Positions 12,801-25,346 are shown, counted from the first letter of the stretch. The stretch: DNA of 64,000 nt from Octopus vulgaris (GCA_951406725.2 OX597814.1:169136001-169200000); one strand, 5' to 3'. The notes: generated by a model from the sequence alone, not told the origin. Numbers and translations: made by a program.

Positions 12801-13593
12801 CCCTTTAGCATTCAGATTACTCTGTCAAATGTAATGCTTATTTATTCACATTGTTTTGAATTGACCCTTTAACATTCAAACTGGCCATAATATCCAGCCC
12901 AAATTTTCTACCTGATTTATGTTCAAACTGACCCAGCCCAGGCTTCTCACATCTACCCTACATGTCATTCTAAAAATAAACAATCACATCATTGAAATCT
13001 CAAAGCTACAAGATAAGTGAAGGCACATGGCTCAGTGGTTAGAGCATCGAGCTTACACTCGTGAGGTTGTGAGTTCAAATCCTGGACCGGGCTGCGTGTT
13101 GTGTTCTTGAGCAAGACACTTTATTTCACATTGCTCCAGTTCACTCACCTGTACAAATGAGTTGTGATGTCACAAGTGCCATGGTGTATCTGCTGTTACC
13201 TTTCCCTTGGATAACACTGGTGACGTGGAGAGGGGAGGCCAGTATGCATGGGCGACTGTCGGTCTTCCATAAACAACTTTGCTTGGACTTGTGCCTGGTT
13301 GAGTAGCTTTCTAGGTGCAATCCCATGGTCAGTCATGATCGAAGGGGGTCTCAATAACAAGATAATGTGTGATTAATTGCAAACAATTTGAATAAATAAG
13401 TATTACATCTAACAGAATAATATGAATGCTAAAGGATTAATCAGGCCTTATCTCTTAGCTTTCAGATTTTGATGTGATTATATATTTTTATCATGACATT
13501 GTAGGGTAAGTTTGAGAGGCTAGATTTGGTCAGTTTGAGCATAAAATAGGCAATATATTTGGGCCAGATATGGCTGGTTTGACTACTAATAGG
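12801..13593. mobile_element. piggyBac-type MITE containing an inverted same-family copy (12865-13436)
   Basis: Outer TTTA-CCCTTTAGCATTC...TAATAGG-TTAA. Inner TTGA-CCCTTTAACATTC...GAATGCTAAAGGA-TTAA. The inner copy aligns to the reverse complement of the rejoined outer copy. Confidence 0.75.
13017..13356 (+). mobile_element. tRNA-derived SINE family D with 9 bp TSD
   Basis: A box TGGCTCAGTGG, B box GAGTTCAAATCC, then TTGTGTTCTTGAGCAAGACACTT. TSD ACAAGATAA at 13008-13016 and 13357-13365. Confidence 0.88.
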
Positions 13594-14049
13594 TTAAGCA
13601 GTTTAGGGTTGCAGGGTGGGTTATATGTCACAGATTTTGCTATTTTTTTCAGGACTGCATGCTACTATTTTTTTATAATATGAGCAAGGTGTCACCTTAA
13701 AAATCTTATTAAAAATCATATTAGTTTCAAATTTTAGCACAAGGCCAGCAATTGTAAGGAAAGGATAAGTTAAGTTTATCAACCCAGTGCTTTTATTGAC
13801 CCTGAAAGGAAGAAAGTCAAAGTTGACCTTGGCGGAATTTGAACCTAAAATGTAAAGACATGAAGTGCCACTAAACATTTGTCTGGTGTGCTGTTTAAAA
13901 CACGAAGAAAAATGTATAAAAAAAAACATTTGAATAAAAAAAAGTTAGAGATTTATATGAGATGTTACCTTACAAAGTTAGTTTTACAATATTTTTATGA
14001 CAAACAGAAAATGTAACACATGTGAGGCTATTAAAATTGCTATTTATTA

Positions 14050-16095
14050 CTAATAGAGTTCATGTAGGTTTCCATCTTAGCTGTAAGTTGTTGAAATCTG
14101 ACTGATATGTAGTCAAGTTTGTACAAATTAGCTCTGTTAGGTGATGGTTTGTAAGGTCTGCACAATGCTTTGATTTCACAAACTTCATTACAGAGTACAG
14201 TGATTCACAGCAGTATGTTGTACTGATAATTGAGATGAGCCACGCACTAGTTTTCTTTAGATCAGAATATTTTATTTTTGAAGCTGGTTTCCAGAGCTCA
14301 ATTGTAGATTAAGATTTATGGGTAATCCTTAGGCCCAAGTTCTTCTATAATTCTATTAGTTCCATTTCTACAGCCGATGATTCCATGATTTGAGTTTTGA
14401 AAATTGGACAACCATCATTGACCTCATAAGCTTCATCTTCTGCGAGTCATCAAACCTGGTTGGAAAATTATCAAGCAGTCCTTATTTATGTTTGTGATCT
14501 TCCAGTTTGTGGTCTTTTATTTCAATATTAGGAAATGTATTTATTCTTCTTTTGAGATTGGAGAAGTGACTGAAATTTCTTGATAATATAATCTCTTTGA
14601 AAAGCACTTATCTATTTTATTCTGGAAGCTGCAAAACCATCTGAGTGAAATCGGAGATAATCTTATCCTTCTCCTGAAGTGCTAATCTGAGAGTTTGTAG
14701 ACGACTCATTGTATCTATATAGAACATCTGATCTTGCATACATTCATCATTTTCTATTTGAGGCAAGGATCTTTTGTTTTCTTCAAGAAAAGAAATAACA
14801 GGCTCTTACATCCACAAGCCTATTCAAAGAATTGCTGGTTGATAGCCACCTCACAGTACAATAGAAAGATGCATCACTGGGTTCATCTTCAAGCTCCAAT
14901 TCTTCAATAAAATTTCTGAGCTGTTGATGGTTCTTCCCATTTAAGCACATGAAATTCACAATTTCAAGAACAGTTTTCATAACATCTTCATGCTAGAAGT
15001 ATTTAGCTACCATGTAGTCTCAATGAATAAGGAGAGGCTCTGGAAAGCTGAAATCATTTTTCATAAGTGCAATTAATTCTGTGTTCTCCTCCACCAGAAG
15101 CTCCGTCTTTTGCAACACTGACAAGTTTATTTAGTGAAACACTAGCTTTTGTTAAAGCTCAGGCAAATGTATTTTTCATGTCGACATCGTGAGTTGCTTT
15201 TTTTAATCCTAGCAAATCTAACATCTCTTCTTTCACAATTATCTCAGCAGAAACATGATGAACAACTACTGCCAGTTGTGGATTATCTCGTGCATCAGTT
15301 GATTCATCAATTGCTAAGCTAAATGCAAGGGAATGTGTAAAATTATTTTGCATTTTGCTTGCAACATCAGCACAGGTATGAGAGATACACCTCATTGTAG
15401 TGTGGCATGAAACTGGTGCTTGTGAAGGCAGCGAGCTGGCAGAATCATTAACACACCGGGCGAAATGCTTAGCAGTATTTCATCTACCACTACGATCTGA
15501 GTTCAAATTCTGCCAGGGTCGACTTTGCCTTTCATCCTTTTGGGGTCGATAAATTAAGTACCAGTTATGCACTGGGGTCGATGTAATCGACTTAATCCCT
15601 TTGTCTGTCCTTGTTTGTCCCTCTATGTTTAGCCCTTTGTGGGTAATAAAGAAATATGAAACTGGTGTTTGTGCTATTAGTTGCTGAAATTTTGTGATAT
15701 TTGGATCTAAAACTGCTACAACATCAGCTGTATTCTTTTCAACAAATTTTCCATCAGATTCTGAGCATTTATTCCATGATATAACAAAATTTGCCTCAGT
15801 CATTGTATTGGCTTTCTTGTTGAATATTATCAACAGTAACTGCTGGTTATTTAGTGAAGATTTTAACAAGGTTAACTTGATTTTCCTTAATTCTTATTTA
15901 GGTGGATAACCATGTGGAAAGTTTTTGTGATTTGTTTCATTGTGGTATTCCAAGCTGCTGGCTTTGTACTGACTAAATGATATATGGCAGATGAGGCACA
16001 AAGGCTTACCTCCTTTAATGATGAATGCAAAATATTCTGACTTTGACTTCAAATCTTTATTTTCATCTTCATGCTTTCATTTCCTTCTTTGCAAG
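14050..16095 (-). pseudogene. Decayed hAT transposase (Charlie/SPIN, GTF2IRD2-like)
   Basis: BED-like KPLCLICH...YHNETNH at ~15925-16010; FSLAIDESTDARDNPQLAV and EEMLDL in ORF 15159-15395; IVNFM...CTVRWLS in ORF 14783-14980. Multiple stops and frameshifts. Confidence 0.88.
15425..15655 (+). mobile_element. SINE family B inserted in the hAT remnant, 18 bp TSD
   Basis: ATGAAACTGGTG(C/T)TTGTG at 15407-15424 and 15656-15673. Confidence 0.9.
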
Positions 16096-16485
16096 TTGCT
16101 GTGTGACAAGTAGCTTGCTTACCAACCACGTGGTTCCAGGTCCAGTCCCACTGCGTGGCACCTTAGGCATGTATCTTCTACTATAGCCTCGGGCCAACCA
16201 AAGCCTTGTGAGTGGATTTGGTAGACAGAAACTGATAAGAAGCCCGTCGTATATATGTATATATATATGTGTGTTTGTGTCTGTATTTGTCCTCCCAACA
16301 TCACTTGACAACCGATATTGGTATGTTTATGTCCCCGTAACTTAATGGTTCGGTAAAAGAGACTGATAGAATAAGTACTAGGCTTCCAAAGAATAAGTCC
16401 CGTGGTCGATTTGCTTGACTAAAGGTGGTGCTCCAGCATGGCCACAGTGAAATGACTGAAACAAGTAAAAGAGTAAAAGAGTAAA
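16095..16485 (+). mobile_element. SINE family A
   Basis: Same head, CORE-like box and (GTAAAAGA)n tail as 11350-11783. Confidence 0.85.
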
Positions 16486-16870
16486 CGCTTGTAAACAAAA
16501 CTTTTATCCAAAGTCTACCAACTAGGTAAGTACAATTGAATGGCTTGTATTAATTACACTACATTAATGTACATTACGAAGGTGCTGTGAGGGTTAAGCT
16601 CATAAAGCCATCTGTGACTAGTTTCTAGCCCATGCATGCAAATGTTTGACCATCTTACCCATAAACTCAGTCTTTTGATGGTCTTTTCTAACCCTTGCTG
16701 ACCTTTAATTTCTTTAATCCTTTTACCTTGCACCATTTCTATCATCTGCACTAAAGGACATGTCTTACTCAGATCTAGCATTATTCTTAAAAGTTGGTTC
16801 TGTCTGCTCATTGCTGAATTTGTGGGGATGGGCTCCATCATGGAATATGATATAAATTATTCTAAGAAGA

Positions 16871-17318
16871 TAAGGTAGTGAGATGGCAGAATCATTAGTA
16901 AACTGGGCAAAATGTTTAGCAGCATTTCATTCATCTGCCTGTTCTGAATTCAAATTCTGCTGAGGACAACTTTGTCTTTCATTCTTTCAAGGACGATTAA
17001 ATAAGTACCAGTTAAGCACTGAAATCGATGTAACCAACTTAACTACTTTCCCAAAACTGCTGCCCTTGTGCTAAAATTTGAAACCAATATTATTTTAAGG
17101 AAATAAGGCAACGAGCTGGCAGAATTGTTAGCATGTTGGGCAAAGTACTTCGTGGTATTTCTTCCAACTTTACGTTTTGTGTTCAAAAGGTGTTGAGGTT
17201 GACTTGCCTTTCATCCTTCCAGGGTTGAAAAAATAAGTACCAGCTGAGTACTAGGGTTCAATGTAATCAACTTACTCCCTCCCCTGGAACTGCTGGCTTT
17301 GTGCCAAAATTTGAAATC
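16871..17318 (+). mobile_element. Two tandem older SINE family B copies
   Basis: Heads at ~16871 and ~17105. Tails TTGTGC(C/T)AAAATTTGAAA. Confidence 0.78.
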
Positions 17319-17342
17319 ATCATAATGTGATGATGGCTATTG

Positions 17343-17749
17343 TAGGCATAGGAGTGACTGTGTGGTAAGTAGCTTGCTTACGAACCATATGTTCAGTCTC
17401 ACTGCATGGTACCTTGGGCAAGTGTTTTCTACTATAGCCTCGGGTCGACCAAAGCCTTGTGAGTGGATATGGTAGACGGAAACTGAAAGAAGCCCATCGT
17501 GTATATGTATATTTACATGTGTGTGTGTATGCTTGTGTATCTGTGTTTGTCCCCCCAAGATCGCTCGTCAACTGATACTTGTATGTTTACATCCACATAA
17601 CTTAGCAGTTTGGCAAAAGAGACCGATACAATAAGTACTAGGCTTACAAAGAATAAGTCCTGGGGTTGATTTGCTCGACTAAAGGCAGTGCTCCAGCATG
17701 GTCGCAGTCAAATGACTGAACCAAGTAAAAGAGTAAAAGAGTAAAGAGT
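17343..17749 (+). mobile_element. SINE family A
   Basis: Family A head, body and tail. Confidence 0.85.
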
Positions 17750-18321
17750 ATTGTGGATAATGTGATTTTGGCTACTGTGGAAAGAGAAGTGTAACAGATA
17801 TTGCAGGATAAAGAGCAGAAGAGACATTAAATAAATTTTCTCATTTGTTGATACTTCCAAGTGTGCGTGATACAATGTTGCACATTTTGAAAGTGTGTCT
17901 TGAAAGTAACATTCCACATGCAATAACATATCTTTATTCTCTTACATGTGCTTATCTGGTTACAGCTTGAGTGGGAAACATAGTGAGAAAGTACAAAGCT
18001 AAAACAGATGGGGCAGAAATCAAAATAATTCTTTATGGTTTTGTGTTTGGATTTATTTGAAATAGATGCTGAACACTGTTCCTCCTTCCTGATAAAGTAT
18101 GGAAAACTGCTCCCAGAACACTACATTGCCAGTATCAATTCATAGCCAATATATAAGTATAAGACTTTTTTTCTTATTTAACTTTTACATTAATTGTAAT
18201 AAATATTAAATATTTACCAACAAATTTCCATAGGCCACATATATTAACAGTCAAAGAGCTGTGGCTTACCCCTCCCTGCTCTAGAGGTACTTCCCAACTG
18301 TTGAAAGTAGTGGAAGCTTCC

Positions 18322-18386
<65 letters not shown>

Positions 18387-18562
18387 TGTGTATATGTGTG
18401 TGTGTATGTATATTCTCTTATTTTTTTATATGTTTCAGTCCAATGACTGTGGCCATGCTGGAGCACCATATATATATATATAATCACATGATTGACCAGA
18501 CTAGTGGATAGTGTTACACATCACAGGTGACAATGCACTTTGCATCATTTTAGCTTTCTTTT

Positions 18563-18747
18563 TAGCTGGAGTCACTGTGTGGCAAGAAGCTCACTCCCCA
18601 ACCACATGGTTCTGGGTTCAGTCCCACCGCATGGCACCTTGGGCAAGTGTCTTCTACTATAGCCTCGGGCTGACCAAAGCCTTGTGAATGGATTTGGTAG
18701 ACAGAAACTGAAAGAAGCCCATTGTATATACATATATACATATATAC

Positions 18748-18798
<51 letters not shown>

Positions 18799-19118
18799 CG
18801 TACGTATGTATGTATGTATGTATGTATGTATGTATGTATGTATGTATGTATGTATGTATGTATGTATGCATGTATGTATGTATGCATTATGTACGTATGT
18901 ATGTATGTATGTATGTATGTATTTGTGTGTCTGCGTTTGTCTCTCCGACATTGCTTGACAACTGATGTTGGTGTGTTTACATCTCCGTAACTTAGTGGTT
19001 CGGCAAAGAGACTGATAGAATACGTACTAGGTTTACAAAGAATAAGTCCTGGGATTGATTTGCTCGACCAAGGCTGCTGTCCAATGACTGAAACAATTAA
19101 AAGAATAAAAGAATAAAA
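18563..19118 (+). mobile_element. SINE family A with expanded (TA)n/(TATG)n centre
   Basis: Family A halves separated by ~200 bp of microsatellite. Confidence 0.82.
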
Positions 19119-19119
19119 T

Positions 19120-19335
19120 GATACTACCCTACTGGCTAAACAAGCAGGCCAACATTCCTCCCTGATTGGAAGGTGAGTCCATCACACGGTTACCCATTTA
19201 CGGCTGAGTGGACTGGGGCATCATGAAATGAAGTGTTTTACCCAAGAACACAATGTGTCACTTGGTCTAAGAATTGAACCTATGAACTAGCTATTATGAG
19301 TGCAATGTACAAACCACTAGGCCACGTGCCTTCAC
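19120..19335 (-). mobile_element. SINE family D-like
   Basis: Reverse complement reads GTGAAGGCACGTGGCCTAGTGG...GGTTCAATTC...TTGTGTTCTTGGGTAAAACACTT. Confidence 0.7.
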
Positions 19336-20280
19336 GTGAGTGTGTTTGTTCTCTTATCACCACTTCTTGACAATTAGTATTGTGGTTTTTTACTTAATGG
19401 CTTGGTAAAAGAGACTGATGGAATAAGCACCAGACTTAAAATAAAGTATGGAGATCAATTCGTTCAATTAAAACCATTCAAGGCAGTGCCTCAGTATGGT
19501 CGCAATCCAATGACTGAAACGAGTTAAAGACAAAATTCTTCCAAAATTTCTTTTTTATCAAAATTTTATTAAATTGAAACACAGTATTTCAAATTCTCAG
19601 AAATTGAAAACAAAATCATGCTAAACCGTTCAGTCCTGTGTTTTCTATGTAATTTCATGGGATATAAATTGTTTTGATAGTAGATGTAGATAGCTTCATC
19701 TATTTATAGCAAAAATTTCTGTCTAGGTAAAAATAAAAATGTATTTCATTACTACCAGTTTCAATTTTTCTTTCCTGACTACTTCATACCAACATTTACA
19801 ACAATTTTGAATAATTCTGTCTGACGTTGATCAATACGAATGCCAGTATGGACATGCTTATGAAATATAATGAACATTTAGTATGTTGTACATACTCATG
19901 TGTTAATCGTACCAGTAGACAATTCACCCTAACTCTTTGCGTTTATAATATTTTGGTTTCACTTCTAGACCTACGTGTAAATTTCATATTGCTTTTTGTG
20001 AATACTGTTTGCTGCTTCTCTGGTGGTTGCACTTAATTAATAAACACACTAAACTGAAATAATCCTAGTTATTGCTATTACAGTCTGGCAAAGTTCTGGA
20101 ACCATAGATATCATAGGAATGAATTTCTGTGCTCTACTCCCGGAACAGACAGGCCAACCAGTGCTTTAAAATCAGCACACTTGATTGACTGACAATGTAT
20201 GCAGTATCTTACAGCTAGCCAATAGAGAACAGCCTGTATTTGTGATGCATAAACTGAAGGCACACTCACATACAATGTTA

Positions 20281-20965
20281 TCATCATCATCATCGTTTAA
20301 CATCTGCTTTCCATGCTAGCATGGGTTGGACAATTTGACTGAGGGCTGGCGAACCAGGTTGTTGCACCAGGCTCCAATCTTGATCTAGCAGAGTTTCTAC
20401 AGCCGGATGCCCTTCCTAACGCCAACCACTCCGAGAGTGTAGTGGGTGCTTTTATGTGCCACCGGCACTGGGGCCAGTCAGGCAGTACTGGCAACAACCT
20501 TGCTCGAATCGTTTTACACATGCCACCGGCACAGGTGCCAGTAAGGCGATGCTGGTAATGATCATGCTTAAATGGTGCCTCTTGTGTGCCACCGGCATGG
20601 AAGCCAGTTAGCTGCTCTGACAATGATCATGCTCAGATGGTGCTCTTAGCACCCTACTAGCACAGGGCTTGAGTGCCAGTAAGGCAACGCTGGTAACGAT
20701 CACACTCAAATGGTGCCTTTTATGTGCCACTGGCACGGAAGCTAGTTAGCCACTCTGGCAATGATCACGCTTGGATGTTGCTCTTAGCACCCTACTAGCA
20801 CGGGGCTCAAGTGCCAGTAAGGTGACGCTGATAACGATCACACTCGAATGGTGCCTTTTATGTGTCACTGGCACGCAAGCCGGTTAGCCGCTCTGTCAAC
20901 GATCACACTCGTATGGTGCTCTTTGCACCCTGCTAGCACGGACACTAGTCATCGAATTTGATATG
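20281..20965 (-). mobile_element. RTE 3' UTR fragment (second subfamily) with an array of ~60 bp subunits
   Basis: (CAT)n tail, AGGAAGGGCATCC motif, then about eight diverged GTGCCACCGGCAC/GCACCCTACTAGCAC-anchored subunits. Confidence 0.8.
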
Positions 20966-20977
20966 GATATGTATCAG

Positions 20978-21276
20978 TGACAGCATGTGGCTTAATGATT
21001 AGAATATTCGACATATGATTCTAAGGTCATGGGTTCAATTTCCGGCGGTGCATTGTGCCACATTTTATTTTCTGTTGCTCTTGTCCACTCAGCTGGCAAA
21101 AGTGATTTGTTCATGTATTTCAAAGGGCCAGCCTTGTTATACTGAATCTCCCTGAAGACTACACGAAGGGTACACATGTCTGTGTAGTGCTCCACCGCTT
21201 GCATGTTAATTCCACCAGCAGGCTGTTCTGTTGATTGGATCAACTGGAACCATCATCGTCATAACTGATGGAGTGT
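20978..21276 (+). mobile_element. SINE family D-like
   Basis: tRNA-like head (GGTTCAATTTCC) and body homologous to 50598-50878. Confidence 0.7.
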
Positions 21277-21315
21277 AAGTAGAATGTGTATGCATGCAGA
21301 TATGCAGCTATATAT

Positions 21316-21353
<38 letters not shown>

Positions 21354-21387
21354 CTTTACGAGAGTGTATTAAGATTAAGTAAACATT

Positions 21388-21607
21388 TATTCTTTTATTT
21401 GTTTCAGTCATTTGACTGTGTCCATGCTGGGGTACCGCCTTTAGTTGAGCAAATCAAGCCCAGGGCTTATTCTTTGAAACCTGGTACTTATTCTTATCAG
21501 TCTCTTTTGCTGTGAACATACCAGCATCGGTTGTCAAGTGATGTTGGGATTACAAACACAGATGCACAAACATACACCCACATATATATGTGTACATATC
21601 TATCTAC

Positions 21608-21672
<65 letters not shown>

Positions 21673-22086
21673 AATCTATCTATCTATCTGTCTGTCTGTC
21701 TATATCGCTTCTATTTTCTTTCCTCCACCTCACTCTCTATTTTGTATCCTATCTAAATTAACTTTTACTTAACCATCCTCTCACACCATCTCTGATGAAG
21801 AGATATAATTAATAAATATCCTGGAAACAGCTGTAAGACTTTATATCTATAAATGTTCTAATACCTACACAGCCTTGGTTTTTTATTATTACGCAAAAAA
21901 TTCTTATATATATATATATACGATGAGTTTACTTTCAGTTTCTGTCTGCCAAATCCACTCACAAGGCATTGGTTGGCCTGAGGCTATAGTAGAAGACACT
22001 TGCCCAAGGTGCCATGCAGTGAGACTGAGCCCGGAACCATGTGGTTGGTAAGCAAGCTACTTACCACACAGCCACTCTTGCACCTA
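21388..22086 (-). mobile_element. SINE family A with (TCTA)n and a ~210 bp foreign insert in its centre
   Basis: 3' half at 21388-21575 and 5' half at 21920-22086. Confidence 0.82.
21789..21838 (+). ncRNA. Minimal type-I hammerhead ribozyme motif (Penelope-like terminal repeat fragment)
   Basis: TCT-CTGATGA-AGA GATAT/ATATC hairpin CTG-GAAAC-AGCT-GTA-AGA. Complete core, palindromic stem III, GUA cleavage triplet, stem I TCT/AGA. Confidence 0.7.
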
Positions 22087-22888
22087 TTTATGAATTGAAT
22101 TTAATAAACTTCATCAAAAATGCATTTATAATATCCACACAATAACTTGAGCAAACGCTTACTACTTCTTTGCTGATTTGATGCTAGTCCATTTCTGTTC
22201 CTGAATTTCGTTTGCTATCCAACTGAAATGTATAACTTTGTGTAATATCATACTTACTTGTATCTATGGATAGCTTTAAGCTGTCATTGGATAATTGTAA
22301 GCTATCTTTTAGCTTTTGTTCTAACAGACATGTGAATGATAAGTCTTTCCTGTATATGCACATGACCAAGTATATAAATCGTTCATAAATTTTCTAAAGA
22401 AGCAATTTAACATGTTTTGTTGTATTTTCTTAAGGATTGTTATTATTATTTTTTTTTTGTATGTGTTTCTAGCTGTCTTTCATTCATTTTCCAACACAAA
22501 ACTCACTTACAGCACAACATTTATTCTCTTCAGCATACATGATAACATGCTACTTAAACTGAGCCTCATAATTTTTGTCTTTTTATATTAGAGCTCATGC
22601 TTTAGCAGCTACTCATCTATTTTTTCTACCGGAAATATAATGAAGTTTTGCAACACTTTTGCTAACAAACCTATGTATACACAGGTGAAAAGTTTAGTTT
22701 AGATTGATATGAACAATATAACAGACATTGTCATTACATGCTCCTTTTGTTTTATAATAAAACCAAATACTCTGAAAGTGGTTATGTTTGTTTTCATCTA
22801 ACATCATCAGCATATAGACTGTGTAATAATATGACCAACTTGCTTTAGATACTTAATTATTTGCGGCAGGTGAGTGATGGTATATGTA

Positions 22889-23446
22889 TTGGGTTGCTCG
22901 GAAAGTTCGTGCCGATTTATAGTAGCTTACTGTTCAACTTATTTTAGAACATGGTTGATTCCATAAAATAGGATTTGACTACACCTCCATTTAGAGCACA
23001 GTTTAAGCTATCTTTTCGTGGAAGAAGGTTTATGTTCCTATAACCTGTGTTAATTCTGTAACCTTTAAAATGGAAGATAAGAAAGTTCATTTTCGGCACT
23101 TCATGCTTTGGGAACCAGACAAAAATTGCTGCAGCTTGGCTAGGATGTGTTACCCCACCCTCACCAGATATTGTTCCTTCGGATTTTCACTTATTCAGGT
23201 CTCTGCAGAATAGTCTTAATGGTAAAACTTTCAATTCCTTGGATGACATAAAAAGATACCTTGATGAATTGTTTGACATGAAACCACCTCAATTCTGGGA
23301 AGAGGGTATTTTCAAGTTAAAGGAAAGATGGAGACGCATTGTGCAACAAAATGGTTCATATTTGGTTGATTAAAAATGTAATGGTAAGTATTTATTTACC
23401 TTTTCCTTTCCTTTAAAAATTGGCATGAACTTTTCGGACAACCCAA
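22889..23446 (+). mobile_element. Non-autonomous mariner deletion derivative
   Basis: TA TSDs and ~30 bp TIRs TTGGGTTG...CAACCCAA. MEDKKVHFRH is joined to a C-terminus containing PSDFHLFRSLQN...WRRIVQQNGSY. Confidence 0.92.
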
Positions 23447-23620
23447 TACTACTGTGTGCTGCAAATTTCAGGCCTGGAGTGAAGTTTAGATGATTTACAG
23501 GCAGTTTTTCATGCCCATGTACAAATAGCATGGGTATTATACTTATCATGCAAAAACATAACTTTATTATAATAATTTGAATGCTTAGTTATACATTAGT
23601 TAACTTGGACAATAGATATA

Positions 23621-23818
23621 CAGTACTTAATGTCATATAAGACACATTCCCTTTTTTTTGCCAAAGAAAATCTCCGAAAACACACCCTGGTTTCTATGTG
23701 TCTAGTTGGGTCTGTATGTCATGCATTAAGGCAATAAATCTTTTTTTCCCTGAATATGCACTGCTGAAATTGAGATGCATTTAATGTATCTGTGCATCTT
23801 TTATGCCATCAAGTACAG
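23621..23818. mobile_element. pogo/Tc1-type MITE
   Basis: TA-CAGTACTTAATGTCATATAAGACAC ... GTGCATCTTTTATGCCATCAAGTACAG-TA imperfect TIRs. Confidence 0.65.
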
Positions 23819-24914
23819 TAACTTCCTTCTGGTCATGCTGTCAGAATTATGGCTACACACTTGGAACCAGGTAAACAATAGGTAACATTTAATTCTTGTG
23901 TATATGCACATGTGTAATGTACAATACACACTTCTGGAAAAAGTGACTATTGTACATGGTTATCATGTTTGGTTTCAAGTTGGCTCATGAACTCAAAACT
24001 GCAGTGAGCATTTTCATCCATCTCCCCACAATACTTATCTCATTTTACTACCTTACAATACACAGACATTCCTTCAGTTCATTCATTTATCTTCTGTCTA
24101 CTTTGTCTACGAATAACTGCTAGCATTAATTTCTTTACGTAGAAAGGAAGGAATTTCAACCATGTTTCATGGTCTGCTACCACAACAGCTCCTTTATAGG
24201 ATCTAGTTCACTCAAGACATCATCCAGAGGAACCACGTCCAGTTTCGCCCCCTACTCCTCTACCGTTTTGATGTGGTGGGCCCCCGCCCCTCTTTCGGGG
24301 GTGTCTTCAGCTCTGGTGTTGGGTGCATGTCTTCTTTCTTCTTCTTTCTTCTGTTCCCTGGCCTCTTTGATGTAGCATCAATGAGTGTCAGCGGGCGACT
24401 GACTGTCTTGTCAAATTTCCCTTTAAATACCTGCTGCTAGGCTCCAGCAGGCAGCCCCAGCAAGTTGTCATGTAACAGTGTCTCAACTTTAACTGACCAA
24501 TGAAGGTGCGTAGTCTTAGCCCAGGCATTCTCTAAATGAGACCGTCACCTGTCAATCAGCGAAGCTAATTCAGTGTCAGCTTGTCTCACCTAGTGATGTT
24601 ATTTTCTTGCTGGTATGTTATGACTTTCAAGCCATTTTTGGTCTTCCCGCTTCAGTCACTCAATCCCTACCCTTTTACTGTACCCTTTATCTCATGTGCT
24701 CTTTCTGTTGAATTATGCCCTAAGTCTGTCTGAATTATGTTTTCATGGATGACAAACCAATCATACACTTTTAGTTATCTACCATCCATTGTTCAATCAA
24801 TTACATTGTGTAACACTATTTTTGTCCTTGAGTAGCAACTGTTATTTCCTACTTGCTTACCTCTAGAAAGTATGAAAAATTGCTAATATTTCCTTCAAAC
24901 TTTGCTTCTATTAC

Positions 24915-25090
24915 ATTTATTCAAACCCCAAAGAATCCCTCTCATTGCATGGCTATGATGTTCTCTCACTATCCCTGTTCATCAGCAGAGATACACATAT
25001 TATCAGCCATTAAGGGGCATGCTGAAGTGGTTAAGGTCAAGTAACTGACAAGCAAATCTGTGGTATTGAGCAGAATATTTGCTATAACAA
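24915..25090 (-). repeat. Fragment of unclassified repeat family E
   Basis: Matches 50000-50165 (TGGTTAAGGTCAAG.AACTGA.AAGCAAATCTG). Confidence 0.65.
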
Positions 25091-25112
25091 TATTTCTGCT
25101 CCATTCTGCTAT

Positions 25113-25346
25113 AAGGCGGCAAGCTGGCAGAAACATTAGCATGCCGGACGGAATGCTTAGCGGTATTTCGTCTGCCACTATGTTCTGAGTTCAAATTCTG
25201 CCAAGGTCGTCTTTGCCTTTCATCCCTTTCAGGGTCGATAAATTAAGTACTAGTTACACACTGGGGTCGATGTAATCGACTTAATCCCTTTATCTGTCCT
25301 TGTTTGTCCCCTCTATATTTAGCCCCTTGTGAGCAATAAAGAAATA
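25113..25346 (+). mobile_element. SINE family B
   Basis: AAGGCGGCAAGCTGGCAGAAAC head through AATAAAGAAATA tail. Confidence 0.87.

Noticed and set aside
13017-13092. tRNA gene (also 59795-59867)
   Set aside because: A and B boxes are present, but they continue into SINE bodies bounded by TSDs.
16554-16841. 95 aa minus-strand ORF
   Set aside because: No recognisable motif. It may be a decayed LINE fragment, but I cannot support that.
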